Of a stretch of DNA of 64,000 nt, positions 38,880 through 48,491 are shown piece after piece; the first letter of the stretch is position 1; each line of letters begins with the position of its first letter. Under the pieces are notes generated by a model that saw only the letters and a list, made by a program, of their open reading frames with translations, was not told where the DNA came from and did no database searches. The position numbers and the translations under genes were made by a program. Location of the stretch: assembly GCA_043803945.1 (NCBI GenBank), contig JAZDJN010000054.1, positions 64,001 to 128,000 on the forward strand, given 5' to 3'. Origin of the DNA: a bacterium. GTDB lineage: Bacteria; Bacteroidota; Ignavibacteria; UBA10030.

Positions 38880-39133
38880 CTTACGAGTTGGTCTATACCA
38901 AGCGTGCAGTTCGTGATATCATTCGACTTGATGAGCGAACGAAAGCACGTCTTAAATCAGCACTTGAATCTTTCAGCGCTGAACCATTTAAGCATGCCGA
39001 AAAGTTGGTAAACCCCGAACTTGGTACATATCGTTTTCGTGTTGGCAGCTATCGGATAATCTTTGATGTCGATGGATCCTTCATTATAATTTTACGTGTC
39101 GGTCATCGACGCGATATCTATCGAGGCATCTAA
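38876..39133 (+). CDS. RelE/ParE-family toxin (intact)
   Basis: YELVYTKRA.RD, YRFRVGSYRIIF, RVGHRRDIYR. Confidence 0.9.
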   Translation: MTYELVYTKRAVRDIIRLDERTKARLKSALESFSAEPFKHAEKLVNPELGTYRFRVGSYRIIFDVDGSFIIILRVGHRRDIYRGI

Positions 39134-39164
39134 GAAGAAGTCACGCGATACAGTTTGAACCTAC

Positions 39165-39533
39165 CTAGCTCCGGGTTTCTCCATCGGCACCCTTTTCGCG
39201 GTTTCCTGCTGTTTTATCCTCTTTCAAAATAAAGTAATAAAAGAAAACCTCTCCGAATGTCAACAGGAGTAAGGACACCGTATCAAAATTTATCTCTCTC
39301 TTGAACACGCGGATAAAAGTAGTGGGAGAGGGGGCATCGTACCATTGCTGGATAAAAAAACTTTGATGGAAGATCAGCTTTGTGAGAAGGGTTGAGATCG
39401 TCCAGCCGATGGCAAAGACAAGAACCACTAATCCCACGGCGAGCAATCCCTCAGAGAGACCTTCTTTCCTTCTACTGAAGAAGGCATAGAGAAGGCCGAT
39501 GATATGAATGGAGAAAATGAAGAAAGCAACCAT
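39165..39533 (-). CDS. Hypothetical membrane protein
   Basis: Three hydrophobic segments; co-oriented with the upstream minus-strand genes. Confidence 0.65.
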   Translation of the reverse strand: MVAFFIFSIHIIGLLYAFFSRRKEGLSEGLLAVGLVVLVFAIGWTISTLLTKLIFHQSFFIQQWYDAPSPTTFIRVFKREINFDTVSLLLLTFGEVFFYYFILKEDKTAGNREKGADGETRS

Positions 39534-39660
39534 GTCGAGGAACAGTCAATAGTTAATAGGGAATGGTGAATAGTGAATCGTTGTTATACATATTCTTTAG
39601 TGAAGTACAAAGGGTGACGAGTAAAGAGTAAAATATTCCCCATAGCAATCCTACGAAAAT

Positions 39661-39850
39661 AATCCTGTGTATCCTGTAAATCCATGTTATTACAATTCAC
39701 ATCGATGCACATGATCAACAGGATATGATATCAAATAATCCTATCCATCCTGACTATCCATGTAAAAATTATTTCACATCGATGTACAGGATTAGCAGGA
39801 TAATTATTTTGGAGTCTCTTTAAAATCTTTTCAATCCTGTAAATGCTGGT
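39661..39850. repeat. Five alternating inverted ~27-bp units with 9-bp internal period
   Basis: atcctg-type units at 39661, 39737 and 39823; acatcgatg...caggat units at 39699 and 39776. Confidence 0.8.
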
Positions 39851-41266
39851 CTAATAAGCATCCTCCCCAAACAGAACTGTCCGAATGGTTTTAAGGATAA
39901 TCTTTATATCGAACACGAGCGACCAGTTTTCGATGTAGTAGATATCGAATTTAGTCCGCTCCTCGATTGGAGCATTCCCTCTTAGGCCATTCACCTGAGC
40001 CCATCCTGTCATACCGGTTTTCATGCGATGACGGTCGAGGTATTTTGGAATTTGCTTTTTAAACTGTTCGACAAAGAATGTCCGTTCCGGCCGCGGGCCC
40101 ACGATACTCATCTCACCCTGGAGAACATTAAATAGCTGGGGAAGTTCATCGAGACTGAATCGGCGGAGAAATTTTCCGATGCCTGTCGTTCGTGGATCAT
40201 TCTTCGATGCCCACACTGGTCCCGTCGTCTGTTCAGCATCTATCCGCATTGTCCGGAATTTTATTAACTGGAATGGATCGCCATCCAATCCGACACGCTC
40301 CTGACGATAAAATACCGGACCCTTTGAACTCAACTTAATGAGCAATGCAATGAGGAGAATGATCGGGCTCACGAGGATGATGACAATGGCCGAGAAGAGC
40401 AGATCGAACACGCTCTTGATGATACGATTCCAGGTGGTAAGCGGAATGGTCTTGATTTTGATGAAGGGAATTCCCTCTAATTCTTTGATCCGCACCTGGC
40501 TGGTCATGAGTTCAAGTAAGTCCGGTACCATCATGATCTCCGTATTGAGGCCCTCACATTCCTCAACCAATTCATAGAGCACGGGGTACTCTTTGTAATT
40601 CAATGCGATGAGCACAACGTCGATTTGATGATCGCGGATATAGGCTGGGACAGATTTTACCGATCCAAGGAAAACTGCATGCTGTGAACTCAATCGCTCC
40701 TGGTCATCTGTAGCAAAGTACCCGTCGATCCTGTATCCCAGGAATGGATTTGATCTGATTTTTAAAAAGATGCGATCTGCCGTGGCATTGGTACCGACAA
40801 TGATGGCATTCTTTATATCCCTGCCGCGAGCATACCATGACTGCTCGAACTTCAATACAAGAAACCTGCCGAGGGCAAGAAAGGTAATGGCAGAGAATCC
40901 AAGAATGGCAAAGACAATCCGCGAAAAAGAGAATGCCCGGTAAAAGAAAGCGGCCGCCATCACAATGAGCATTCCGATTGTCACAACCCGGATGATAGCG
41001 AAGAACTCATCGGAGAAATAAAGAATCCTTCTTGAATCGTACATCGATCGTGCATTAAAAAGAAAAAGCCACATGGGGATAACAAAGAGAGAACCGATAA
41101 TATATGCTTCAATGGGCGGGAAGCCTAAGGTGACCGGTATATAGCTGATGAGGGGGGAGTAAAATCGTACCCAGTACGAAAATATAAATGCAGCCTCAAT
41201 GGCAATGATATCCGAAAGAACTGTCAGAAGGGGGATGAGAAAATCTTTGCGTGATGATGAGGGCAT
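39851..41266 (-). CDS. wcaJ: Undecaprenyl-phosphate glucose phosphotransferase (WcaJ-like priming glycosyltransferase)
   Basis: N-terminal TM segments, KFRTM, DPRTT..GKFLR..SLDELPQLFNV, VGPRPE, GMTGWAQVNG, DIYYIENWS. Confidence 0.88.
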   Translation of the reverse strand: MPSSSRKDFLIPLLTVLSDIIAIEAAFIFSYWVRFYSPLISYIPVTLGFPPIEAYIIGSLFVIPMWLFLFNARSMYDSRRILYFSDEFFAIIRVVTIGMLIVMAAAFFYRAFSFSRIVFAILGFSAITFLALGRFLVLKFEQSWYARGRDIKNAIIVGTNATADRIFLKIRSNPFLGYRIDGYFATDDQERLSSQHAVFLGSVKSVPAYIRDHQIDVVLIALNYKEYPVLYELVEECEGLNTEIMMVPDLLELMTSQVRIKELEGIPFIKIKTIPLTTWNRIIKSVFDLLFSAIVIILVSPIILLIALLIKLSSKGPVFYRQERVGLDGDPFQLIKFRTMRIDAEQTTGPVWASKNDPRTTGIGKFLRRFSLDELPQLFNVLQGEMSIVGPRPERTFFVEQFKKQIPKYLDRHRMKTGMTGWAQVNGLRGNAPIEERTKFDIYYIENWSLVFDIKIILKTIRTVLFGEDAY

Positions 41267-41397
41267 TGAATTTGTGATTGTCGATTAACGATTTAGGGTT
41301 GACGATTTACGATTTGCGTCTAGAGATTGAAAAGAATTCTCAGGATAGTACACCAAAACCTAAACATTTTTAATTTTTCATTTTGAATTTTTAATTG

Positions 41398-42003
41398 TCA
41401 TCCAAACATCTCCTGTTCCACTTCCTGGAAAATTATATGGCCAACGGTGATATGCCCCTCCTGAATTCGTTGTGTATCCAGAGAGGGGATAATGATGGCA
41501 AGATCAACAAGATTTTTGGAAATCCCACCATCGTTTCCCAGAAGCCCAATTGTCACCATCTTTTTTTCTTTCGCCATTGTGAATGCCCGGTTCACGCTTT
41601 CCGAATTGCCGCTTGTGCTGATCCCGATCAACACATCCCCTTCATTCCCCAAGGCTTCAACTGAACGTGCAAATACAGCGTCATATCCAAGATCATTTGC
41701 ACCCGCCGTAAGATTCGATGTATCGGTTGTTAGCGCTATGGCGGGCAGCCCCGGACGTTTGATCTTAGGATTCAAACGGATGACAAACTCAGTGGCCAAA
41801 TGCTGAGCATCGGCAGCGCTGCCGCCGTTTCCACACAGCAGGATTTTTTTCTTTTTGTTCAGTGCATCGATAATCAAATCGATGGCTTTAACAATGTGGG
41901 GGGTGCATTCCTCGGCAATCTTTTTCTTGACGGCAGAACTTTCATTGAGAGAATCAAGTATGAATTTTTGCCGGTATACGAGTGTCAGCGGTAAATGAGC
42001 CAT
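41398..42003 (-). CDS. gmhA: Phosphoheptose isomerase
   Basis: CGNGGSAADAQH, ISTSGNS, RIQEGH. Confidence 0.93.
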   Translation of the reverse strand: MAHLPLTLVYRQKFILDSLNESSAVKKKIAEECTPHIVKAIDLIIDALNKKKKILLCGNGGSAADAQHLATEFVIRLNPKIKRPGLPAIALTTDTSNLTAGANDLGYDAVFARSVEALGNEGDVLIGISTSGNSESVNRAFTMAKEKKMVTIGLLGNDGGISKNLVDLAIIIPSLDTQRIQEGHITVGHIIFQEVEQEMFG

Positions 42004-42132
42004 AGGAAATGAGCAAATGGTGAATTCTGAATCTTATAAAAATGTTGAACGATGATTGAAACTACATCTTACCTTGAGGCGCTGGAACTCGCCTGTTGAA
42101 AATGCATTGCATCCTACTCCTGGCTTCCATGC

Positions 42133-42876
42133 TCAGCGTTGGTGAACAGCTTCGGCAAAATCACGGATCATGGAGTGGTTATTCTTCCCCTCCATCACCG
42201 TTCCGGTCACGACGAATGAAGCTCCTGCTGCGACTTTGGATCTCGCCTCCTCGGGCTTCTTGATGCCGCCTCCGACAATCAGCGGCAGAGTGCAGTGCTT
42301 CGCTATTGCGGCGATCATGGATTCAGGGACGGATTCTTCAGCGCCGCTGCCGGCCTCAAGATACAACAGTTTTAATCCTAGTAATTCACCGGCAAGTGCG
42401 TGAGCCAGTGCAATATCCGGCTTATTCCTTGGAATCGGACGCGTACCGCTCATAAATTCAGCCGAGGTTGTCCTGCCCGATTCAATGAGCATATAACCAG
42501 TTGGGATGGCCTCGAGGTTTGCTCGTTTGATCATAGGAGCTGCCAGGACATGGTTTCCGATCAGATACTCAGCATTTCTTCCGCTGATGAGGGAAAGGAA
42601 TAAAATTGCATCAGCCGCCCGAGAGACCTGCTGAACACCTCCGGGGAAGATAATTACGGGAACGTTTGTGTTTTTCTTAACGAGCGCAATCTGCCGTTCA
42701 AATCCATCGGTGAGTATCAAACTGCCTCCGATGAGAAATGCATCCACTCCGGATTCGGTTGCATTCTGAATAAAATCTGGTAATTGAGCTTCATCGTTCT
42801 TATCCGGGTCAAGAAGAATGAAATACCCCGCACCTCGGCGTTCTTTAATGGAAAGTAATGTTTCAAAGGTCTTCAC
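42133..42876 (-). CDS. Geranylgeranylglyceryl phosphate synthase (PcrB/GGGPS family, group II)
   Basis: LLDPDK, IGGS, IFPG, ADAILFLSLISGRN, PTGYMLIESG, YLEAGSGA, VGGGI. Confidence 0.9.
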   Translation of the reverse strand: MKTFETLLSIKERRGAGYFILLDPDKNDEAQLPDFIQNATESGVDAFLIGGSLILTDGFERQIALVKKNTNVPVIIFPGGVQQVSRAADAILFLSLISGRNAEYLIGNHVLAAPMIKRANLEAIPTGYMLIESGRTTSAEFMSGTRPIPRNKPDIALAHALAGELLGLKLLYLEAGSGAEESVPESMIAAIAKHCTLPLIVGGGIKKPEEARSKVAAGASFVVTGTVMEGKNNHSMIRDFAEAVHQR

Positions 42877-42885
42877 GTGTTACCC

Positions 42886-45705
42886 TCAATGCTGTAAATA
42901 CGATTGAATGATGGTTTCAACAGATTTGAGAGCATCATCGAGCTTGACGATATCTTTTCCGCCTGCTGTTGCCAGATGAGCTCTGCCGCCTCCACCGCCG
43001 CCGATGAGCTTTGCGACACTTCCAACAATTTTCCCGGCTTCGAGTTTGTTCTTTTTAATAATATCATCGGTCACGACACAAACGAGGGATACCTTACCAT
43101 CGATGATGGAGGCAAGAAGTCCGACACCGGAACCCAGTTTTGTCCTCAAGTTATCGCCAAGCGATTTCATTTCATCTGCCGAACCGGCTTCAACGAGTGC
43201 GCTGATGACCTTGATCCCTGCGACGAAGCCTGCCGACTGGATGAGCGCATCGATGTTTCCGGAGAGCGATTTTAAACGATGGTGAGCGAGTTCTTTATCG
43301 AGAGACCTTTTCTTCTCGCTCAGGTCAATAATGAGGCTTTCAATCTGTACCGCCCGACTCTCAATCGATTGGAAGAGTAAACCAAGTGTCTGGTCGATGC
43401 CGCCAATTGAAGTGGTTTGCTTGAGCTGATGGAGATTCTTTCCTATGAGATCTACTGAATCGGCAATTCGTTTTGCTGCATTGGAATCGCTCTGTGCCAG
43501 CTCATTGGAGAGATGAAGGATCTCCTCCAATTGAGTGAAGGCGTATTCAATGCGCTCGGATGCATTCTGAGATTGCAGCTTCAGGAGCTCCGTGGCATAA
43601 TCTCCTGTCACCGCTTCAACACGACGAACGCCGCTGGCAATGCTTCCTTCCGATTTGAATTTGAAGTACCCGATGTCACCCGTTGAACGGACATGCGTAC
43701 CGCCGCAGAACTCAAGCGTGTAATTTCCAAATTGGACAACATTGACAAAATCGCCGTATTTATCGCCGAAGAACATCAGCGCACCCATTTTCTTTGCTTC
43801 CTCAAACGACACATTGCGATGATGGCTCAGCTTGAGGTCTTCGCGAATCTTCTCGTTCACCATTTCTTCAATGGCTTTCAGTTCCTCCTCGGTGACTTTG
43901 GCGAAGTGAGTATAATCGAAGCGTAGATAATCGGGGGCAACCAAGGATCCTGATTGATGGACGTGAGTGCCGAGTAATTTTCGTAATGCCGCATGAAGAA
44001 GGTGAGTGGCCGAGTGATTTCGCATAATGGCAGAACGGCGCTGCTGATTGACGGCTGCAGTAACCTTATCACCAGCGTGAACGGGGGCCGCTTCCGCAAG
44101 GATGTGGACGTGGAGAGGCCCAATCTTTTGAGTGTCATGAACATTGAACTCCTGCTGGCCGAAGAGTATCATTCCCTGATCGCCCACCTGGCCGCCCGAT
44201 TCACCGTAGAAGGGAGTCGAATCGAGAACCAGAAGATGGCGCTCTCCTTTCAGTACCGTCGCCTGCGTCGTCAGCGATTCATATCCGATAAAGTGAGTCT
44301 GGTCGTCAGGAATGGTTCTGATAAATTCCTGAAGAGTCTCCCTTCCCGGTACATAGATCGTCAGCGATGATTCATCGGCAGAATCGGCTTTTCCCTCTGC
44401 TGAACGAGAACGCTCCCGCTGCTGCTTCATAAGCCTCTCAAAGCCGGATTCATCAACCTCTAGTCCTCGTTCCCGGGCGAGTAATGCGGTGAGATCGGCT
44501 GGAAATCCAAACGTATCATACAACCTGAACAGATCTTCACCCGGTACTTTGTTCAATCCGTTTGTTGTTACGTTCTTGACGACATCCTCAAAAATATCCA
44601 ATCCTCTATCCAGGGTTGCATTAAAACTTTCCTCTTCACCCTTTACAACTTTTTGAATATGATTCTGTTTCTCAACGATTTCCGGGAAAACGCTTCCCAT
44701 GGTTTGGACGAGTGTTGGTACAAGTTTGTAGATGAAGGGTTCACGGAGTTCAAGTGTCCGGCCAAAGCGTGCAGCACGCCTCAAGAGCCTTCGTAATACA
44801 TAACCGCGGCCATCGTTTGAAGGAATCGCTCCATCTCCAATAGCGAATGTCAGTGTACGTATGTGGTCGGCGATGACCCGCATAGCGATATCAACGTCGA
44901 GGTCGAGTTTGCCGGTGTATTCCTTTCCGCTTAACCTCGAAATTTCATTGATGAGCGGCGAGAAGACATCGGTATCATAATTTGAACTGTGCTCTTGCAG
45001 TACGGAACAGATACGCTCGAATCCCATCCCGGTGTCGACATGCTTCGCAGGGAGAGGAGTTAGTGTTCCATTTGCATCCCGATTGTACTGGATAAAGACA
45101 AGATTCCAGATTTCCATGACCTCAGCGACGCCGGCATTCACCATAGACGCCGTTGCAGTACCACTTGGTGTTCTGTCGATGTGTATTTCCGAACATGGGC
45201 CGCACGGACCGGTCTCGCCCATTTCCCAGAAATTATCCTTCTCAGCAAAGCGCAGAATATGGCTGTGGTTGATATCGGTGACAGTTTTCCAATATTCTTC
45301 AGCTTCCTCATCGTTGTTATAGACAGTTGCCCAGAGCCGGTTTTTGGGCAGCTTCCACACATTCGTCAAGAGGTCCCATGCCCACTCAATAGCTTCTTTC
45401 TTGTAGTAATCGCCAAAGGACCAGTTACCGAGCATCTCAAAAAATGTATGATGATAGGTATCCCGTCCAACCTCTTCAAGATCGTTGTGTTTACCGCTGA
45501 CGCGAATACACTTTTGTGTGTTTGCTGCACGCGTGTAATTGCGTTTGCCGGCTCCGAGGAAAACGTCCTTGAATTGATTCATCCCTGCGTTCGTGAAAAG
45601 GAGCGTCGGATCGTCATAAGGAACCACGGGAGAGCTTGGAACAATCGCATGGCTATGGTTTTCAAAAAATTTTAGAAAGCTATTCCGAATTTCTGCTGAA
45701 GTCAT
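42886..45705 (-). CDS. alaS: Alanine--tRNA ligase
   Basis: LLFTNAGMNQFK, HHTFFEMLGNWSFGDY, EIWNLVF.QY, HSATHLLH / EFCGGTH editing motifs, GGGGG C-terminal domain. Confidence 0.98.
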   Translation of the reverse strand: MTSAEIRNSFLKFFENHSHAIVPSSPVVPYDDPTLLFTNAGMNQFKDVFLGAGKRNYTRAANTQKCIRVSGKHNDLEEVGRDTYHHTFFEMLGNWSFGDYYKKEAIEWAWDLLTNVWKLPKNRLWATVYNNDEEAEEYWKTVTDINHSHILRFAEKDNFWEMGETGPCGPCSEIHIDRTPSGTATASMVNAGVAEVMEIWNLVFIQYNRDANGTLTPLPAKHVDTGMGFERICSVLQEHSSNYDTDVFSPLINEISRLSGKEYTGKLDLDVDIAMRVIADHIRTLTFAIGDGAIPSNDGRGYVLRRLLRRAARFGRTLELREPFIYKLVPTLVQTMGSVFPEIVEKQNHIQKVVKGEEESFNATLDRGLDIFEDVVKNVTTNGLNKVPGEDLFRLYDTFGFPADLTALLARERGLEVDESGFERLMKQQRERSRSAEGKADSADESSLTIYVPGRETLQEFIRTIPDDQTHFIGYESLTTQATVLKGERHLLVLDSTPFYGESGGQVGDQGMILFGQQEFNVHDTQKIGPLHVHILAEAAPVHAGDKVTAAVNQQRRSAIMRNHSATHLLHAALRKLLGTHVHQSGSLVAPDYLRFDYTHFAKVTEEELKAIEEMVNEKIREDLKLSHHRNVSFEEAKKMGALMFFGDKYGDFVNVVQFGNYTLEFCGGTHVRSTGDIGYFKFKSEGSIASGVRRVEAVTGDYATELLKLQSQNASERIEYAFTQLEEILHLSNELAQSDSNAAKRIADSVDLIGKNLHQLKQTTSIGGIDQTLGLLFQSIESRAVQIESLIIDLSEKKRSLDKELAHHRLKSLSGNIDALIQSAGFVAGIKVISALVEAGSADEMKSLGDNLRTKLGSGVGLLASIIDGKVSLVCVVTDDIIKKNKLEAGKIVGSVAKLIGGGGGGRAHLATAGGKDIVKLDDALKSVETIIQSYLQH

Positions 45706-45789
45706 AGAAACAGTGTGGTTTCAGAGTGGTTTGTATTAGTATCTCAAGTTACGCAAAACAAAAAATGAGACTCTTTGAAAGAAAACCTG

Positions 45790-45934
45790 GCCGCCAAGTG
45801 CGCCAAGAGCTTTATTGTTTCAATGTTTTTATAAGGATCTGAATCTATCACATTTTAATCTTGGCGTTTTGCCTGCCTGCTGCAGGCAGGGCGTTCTTGC
45901 CCGCCTGTGCGCCGCTTGCGGCGGGCAGGGCGGC
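45790..45934. repeat. gccgccaag-type inverted element with two palindromic micro-insertions
   Basis: Removing 45872-45890 and 45900-45929 restores tcttggcgttttggcgttcttggcggc. Confidence 0.85.
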
Positions 45935-45982
45935 AAATCTTTCTCGTTTCCTGGTCTTACTCAGTTCCATGCGTAACATAAG

Positions 45983-46261
45983 TTAGTATTCAATTTGTGT
46001 ATGAAGAGCAATCTCTTCAAGAACCGATGAAACTTTCAGGCATTCATCCATTGGCCCGTCAAAGATGACTGCTTTTCCATTCCTGTGTACTTCCCATGTT
46101 AAGGCTTCTGCGGTCGGTGAATCGCAGCGGATGGCTTTCATGATCTGATGAATCACCTCTTCAAAGGTGTGTATTTCGTCATTATAGAGCAGGACCTTAG
46201 CCGGTTCCTGAGTGAGAACATTACTCTCTTTTTCCTGCTCAAATTGTGTTTGTTGATCCAT
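45983..46261 (-). CDS. clpS: ATP-dependent Clp protease adaptor ClpS
   Basis: VLLYNDEIHTFEEV, EVHRNGKA. Confidence 0.88.
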   Translation of the reverse strand: MDQQTQFEQEKESNVLTQEPAKVLLYNDEIHTFEEVIHQIMKAIRCDSPTAEALTWEVHRNGKAVIFDGPMDECLKVSSVLEEIALHTQIEY

Positions 46262-46292
46262 AAGTCGAGGTAATCCGAATTATAGTTACTAA

Positions 46293-46451
46293 GCCACGAA
46301 GGCACAAAGACACGAAGAGAAAACAAAATGGAGTTTACAAATATCTCGATGTGTCGATCGGGAAATAATGGAAAAACAATCTCCAAAATAATTCGTGCCT
46401 TTCCTGCCCGCATAAAGTGGTCCCAGATGGCAGGCGGGGAGACTCGGTGGC
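46293..46451. repeat. gccac-type inverted element with one micro-insertion
   Basis: gccacgaaggcacaaagacacgaa / ttcgtgccttt[46403-46438]gagactcggtggc. Confidence 0.8.
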
Positions 46452-46608
46452 AAAATCATTTTGCTAAAACTTTTTCCTTTTCCATATTAAAAATACTAAA
46501 AAAACGACTGCCTTTCAACAAACGAGTTAAGAGAACTGGCCCAGAAGGGGAGAGAGTGCATCGTAAAGGAAGGGCCGCAATGAATACAGGAGTTTCGAAT
46601 ATAAAAGA

Positions 46609-46636
46609 AAAGGCATCTCTTCGTCGAGATGCCTTT
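46609..46636 (-). terminator. Rho-independent terminator of icd
   Basis: aaaggcatctc / gagatgccttt stem followed by a U-rich run on the minus strand. Confidence 0.75.
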
Positions 46637-46657
46637 AAAATTGTGAATAGAATACGA

Positions 46658-47905
46658 TCACATTTGCGCGATGATAGCGTCGCCGAACTCAGAACACTTT
46701 ACCTCTTTTGCACCCTCCATTAATCGTGCGAGGTCGTAGGTGACAGTCTTTGCCTGGATTGCTTTTTCCAATCCCTTGAGGATAAGGTCAGCCGATTCTG
46801 TCCAACCCATATAGCGCAGCATCATCTCTCCCGAGAGAATAACGGAACCGGGATTCACTTTATCCAGGTTCGCATATTTAGGAGCAGTTCCGTGAGTGGC
46901 TTCAAAGACAGCATAGCCGTTTTCGTAGTTGATATTGCCGCCGGGGGCAATGCCAATTCCCCCAACCTGTGCGGCAAGGGCATCGGAGATATAGTCGCCG
47001 TTCAAATTGAGTGTGGCGATCACATCATATTCGGCAGGGCGGGTCAGGATCTGCTGCAGGAACGCATCTGCAATTACATCTTTTATGACCATTCCATTCG
47101 GTAATCTTACCCAGGGGCCGTCATCGATGAGCGTTCCGCCGAATTCTTTCTGAGCAAGTTCATATCCCCAATCCCGAAATCCTCCTTCTGTGAACTTCAT
47201 GATATTTCCCTTGTGCACGAGCGTCACAGACTTCCGATTGTTGTCGAGTGCGTACTGGATTGCAGCGCGGACAAGTCGTTTTGTTCCTTCGATCGAAACC
47301 GGTTTAATCCCGATGCTGGATGATTCCGGAAATCGTATCTTCTTTACATTCATCTCGCTTTGAAGCCATGCAATCACTTTTTGTGCTTCCGGTGTTCCTG
47401 CTTTCCATTCTATGCCGGCATAAATGTCTTCTGTGTTTTCACGGAAGATAACCATATTAACCAGCTCTGGTTTCTTCACGGGAGAGGGGACCCCGGGGAA
47501 ATATTGAACGGGTCGCAAACAGACGTAAAGATCAAGCATTTGCCGGAGTGTGACGTTAATGGAGCGGATTCCCCCGCCAACTGGCGTCGTCAACGGTCCT
47601 TTAATCGCGACGACATGATCTTTGATTGCATGTAGAGTATCATCATGCAGCCAGGTATTGGGTCCATAAACCACATTTGCTTTTTCTCCTGCATACACTT
47701 CGAACCAGACGATCTTTCTTTTTCCATCATAGGTCTTGGCCACAGCAGCATCCATAACACGCTGAGATGCCCGCCAAATGTCGGGACCAGTCCCATCACC
47801 TTCAATAAATGGTATGATCGGGTTGTCCGGTACCAGAAGCTTTCCGTTTTGAGAGGTGATTCTCGTTCCTTCAGATGGAGGAGTTATTTTGATATATGTG
47901 CTCAT
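46658..47905 (-). CDS. icd: Isocitrate dehydrogenase (NADP+)
   Basis: [48 protein letters not shown]. Confidence 0.97.
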   Translation of the reverse strand: MSTYIKITPPSEGTRITSQNGKLLVPDNPIIPFIEGDGTGPDIWRASQRVMDAAVAKTYDGKRKIVWFEVYAGEKANVVYGPNTWLHDDTLHAIKDHVVAIKGPLTTPVGGGIRSINVTLRQMLDLYVCLRPVQYFPGVPSPVKKPELVNMVIFRENTEDIYAGIEWKAGTPEAQKVIAWLQSEMNVKKIRFPESSSIGIKPVSIEGTKRLVRAAIQYALDNNRKSVTLVHKGNIMKFTEGGFRDWGYELAQKEFGGTLIDDGPWVRLPNGMVIKDVIADAFLQQILTRPAEYDVIATLNLNGDYISDALAAQVGGIGIAPGGNINYENGYAVFEATHGTAPKYANLDKVNPGSVILSGEMMLRYMGWTESADLILKGLEKAIQAKTVTYDLARLMEGAKEVKCSEFGDAIIAQM

Positions 47906-48354
47906 GGAGTTTCTTCCTCAATAAATGTTATGGAACCTCGCTTAAGTTGCTCACGAATCAGATTGCCGTAATAGGTAAGTTCTTCATCTGAATATTGCTT
48001 CAGCGTTGTCGTCAGAGTGATATTATCTCCCGGGTAACGAGGAGTAATATGGATATGAAAATGAAATACAGATTGTCCTGCGATATGTCCATTATTTGAA
48101 AAGAAATTGAATCCTTCCAGCTTCAGGCCTATCATCAGAGCTTTGCTGATCTGTTGCGTTGCCTGCAGCACACTGTTCACCGTCTCGATTGGGAGATCCA
48201 GAAATGTTGAATAATGCACTTTAGGAATGACGAGAGTATGCCCGAGGTGGATTGGATTGATATCGAGGATGGCAATCACCAGCGCATCTTCATAAATCAG
48301 TTCGGCTGAGTTTTTACCTGCGATGATTTGACAAAAAACGCAATCACTCCACAT
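47902..48354 (-). CDS. HIT family protein
   Basis: [24 protein letters not shown]. Confidence 0.93.
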   Translation of the reverse strand: MWSDCVFCQIIAGKNSAELIYEDALVIAILDINPIHLGHTLVIPKVHYSTFLDLPIETVNSVLQATQQISKALMIGLKLEGFNFFSNNGHIAGQSVFHFHIHITPRYPGDNITLTTTLKQYSDEELTYYGNLIREQLKRGSITFIEEETP

Positions 48355-48491
48355 ATTTTCAATAGTTCTCTCTTCTGAGAAATCCCTTCATTAACTGGCT
48401 GAATCTTACCGAAAAATGGTTCGAAAGTCAAAAGTACGAGGATGGTTTTTCAAAGGAATTTTATCTAATTGGTTCTCGCTGAAAAAAGATA

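Noticed and set aside
39661-39850. Possible CRISPR array
   Set aside because: The units alternate in orientation and are degenerate, and there are no cas genes in the window.
46328-46723. 131-aa plus-strand ORF or ncRNA between clpS and icd
   Set aside because: It spans a repeat element, the icd terminator and the icd 3' end, and has no recognisable protein or RNA motif.
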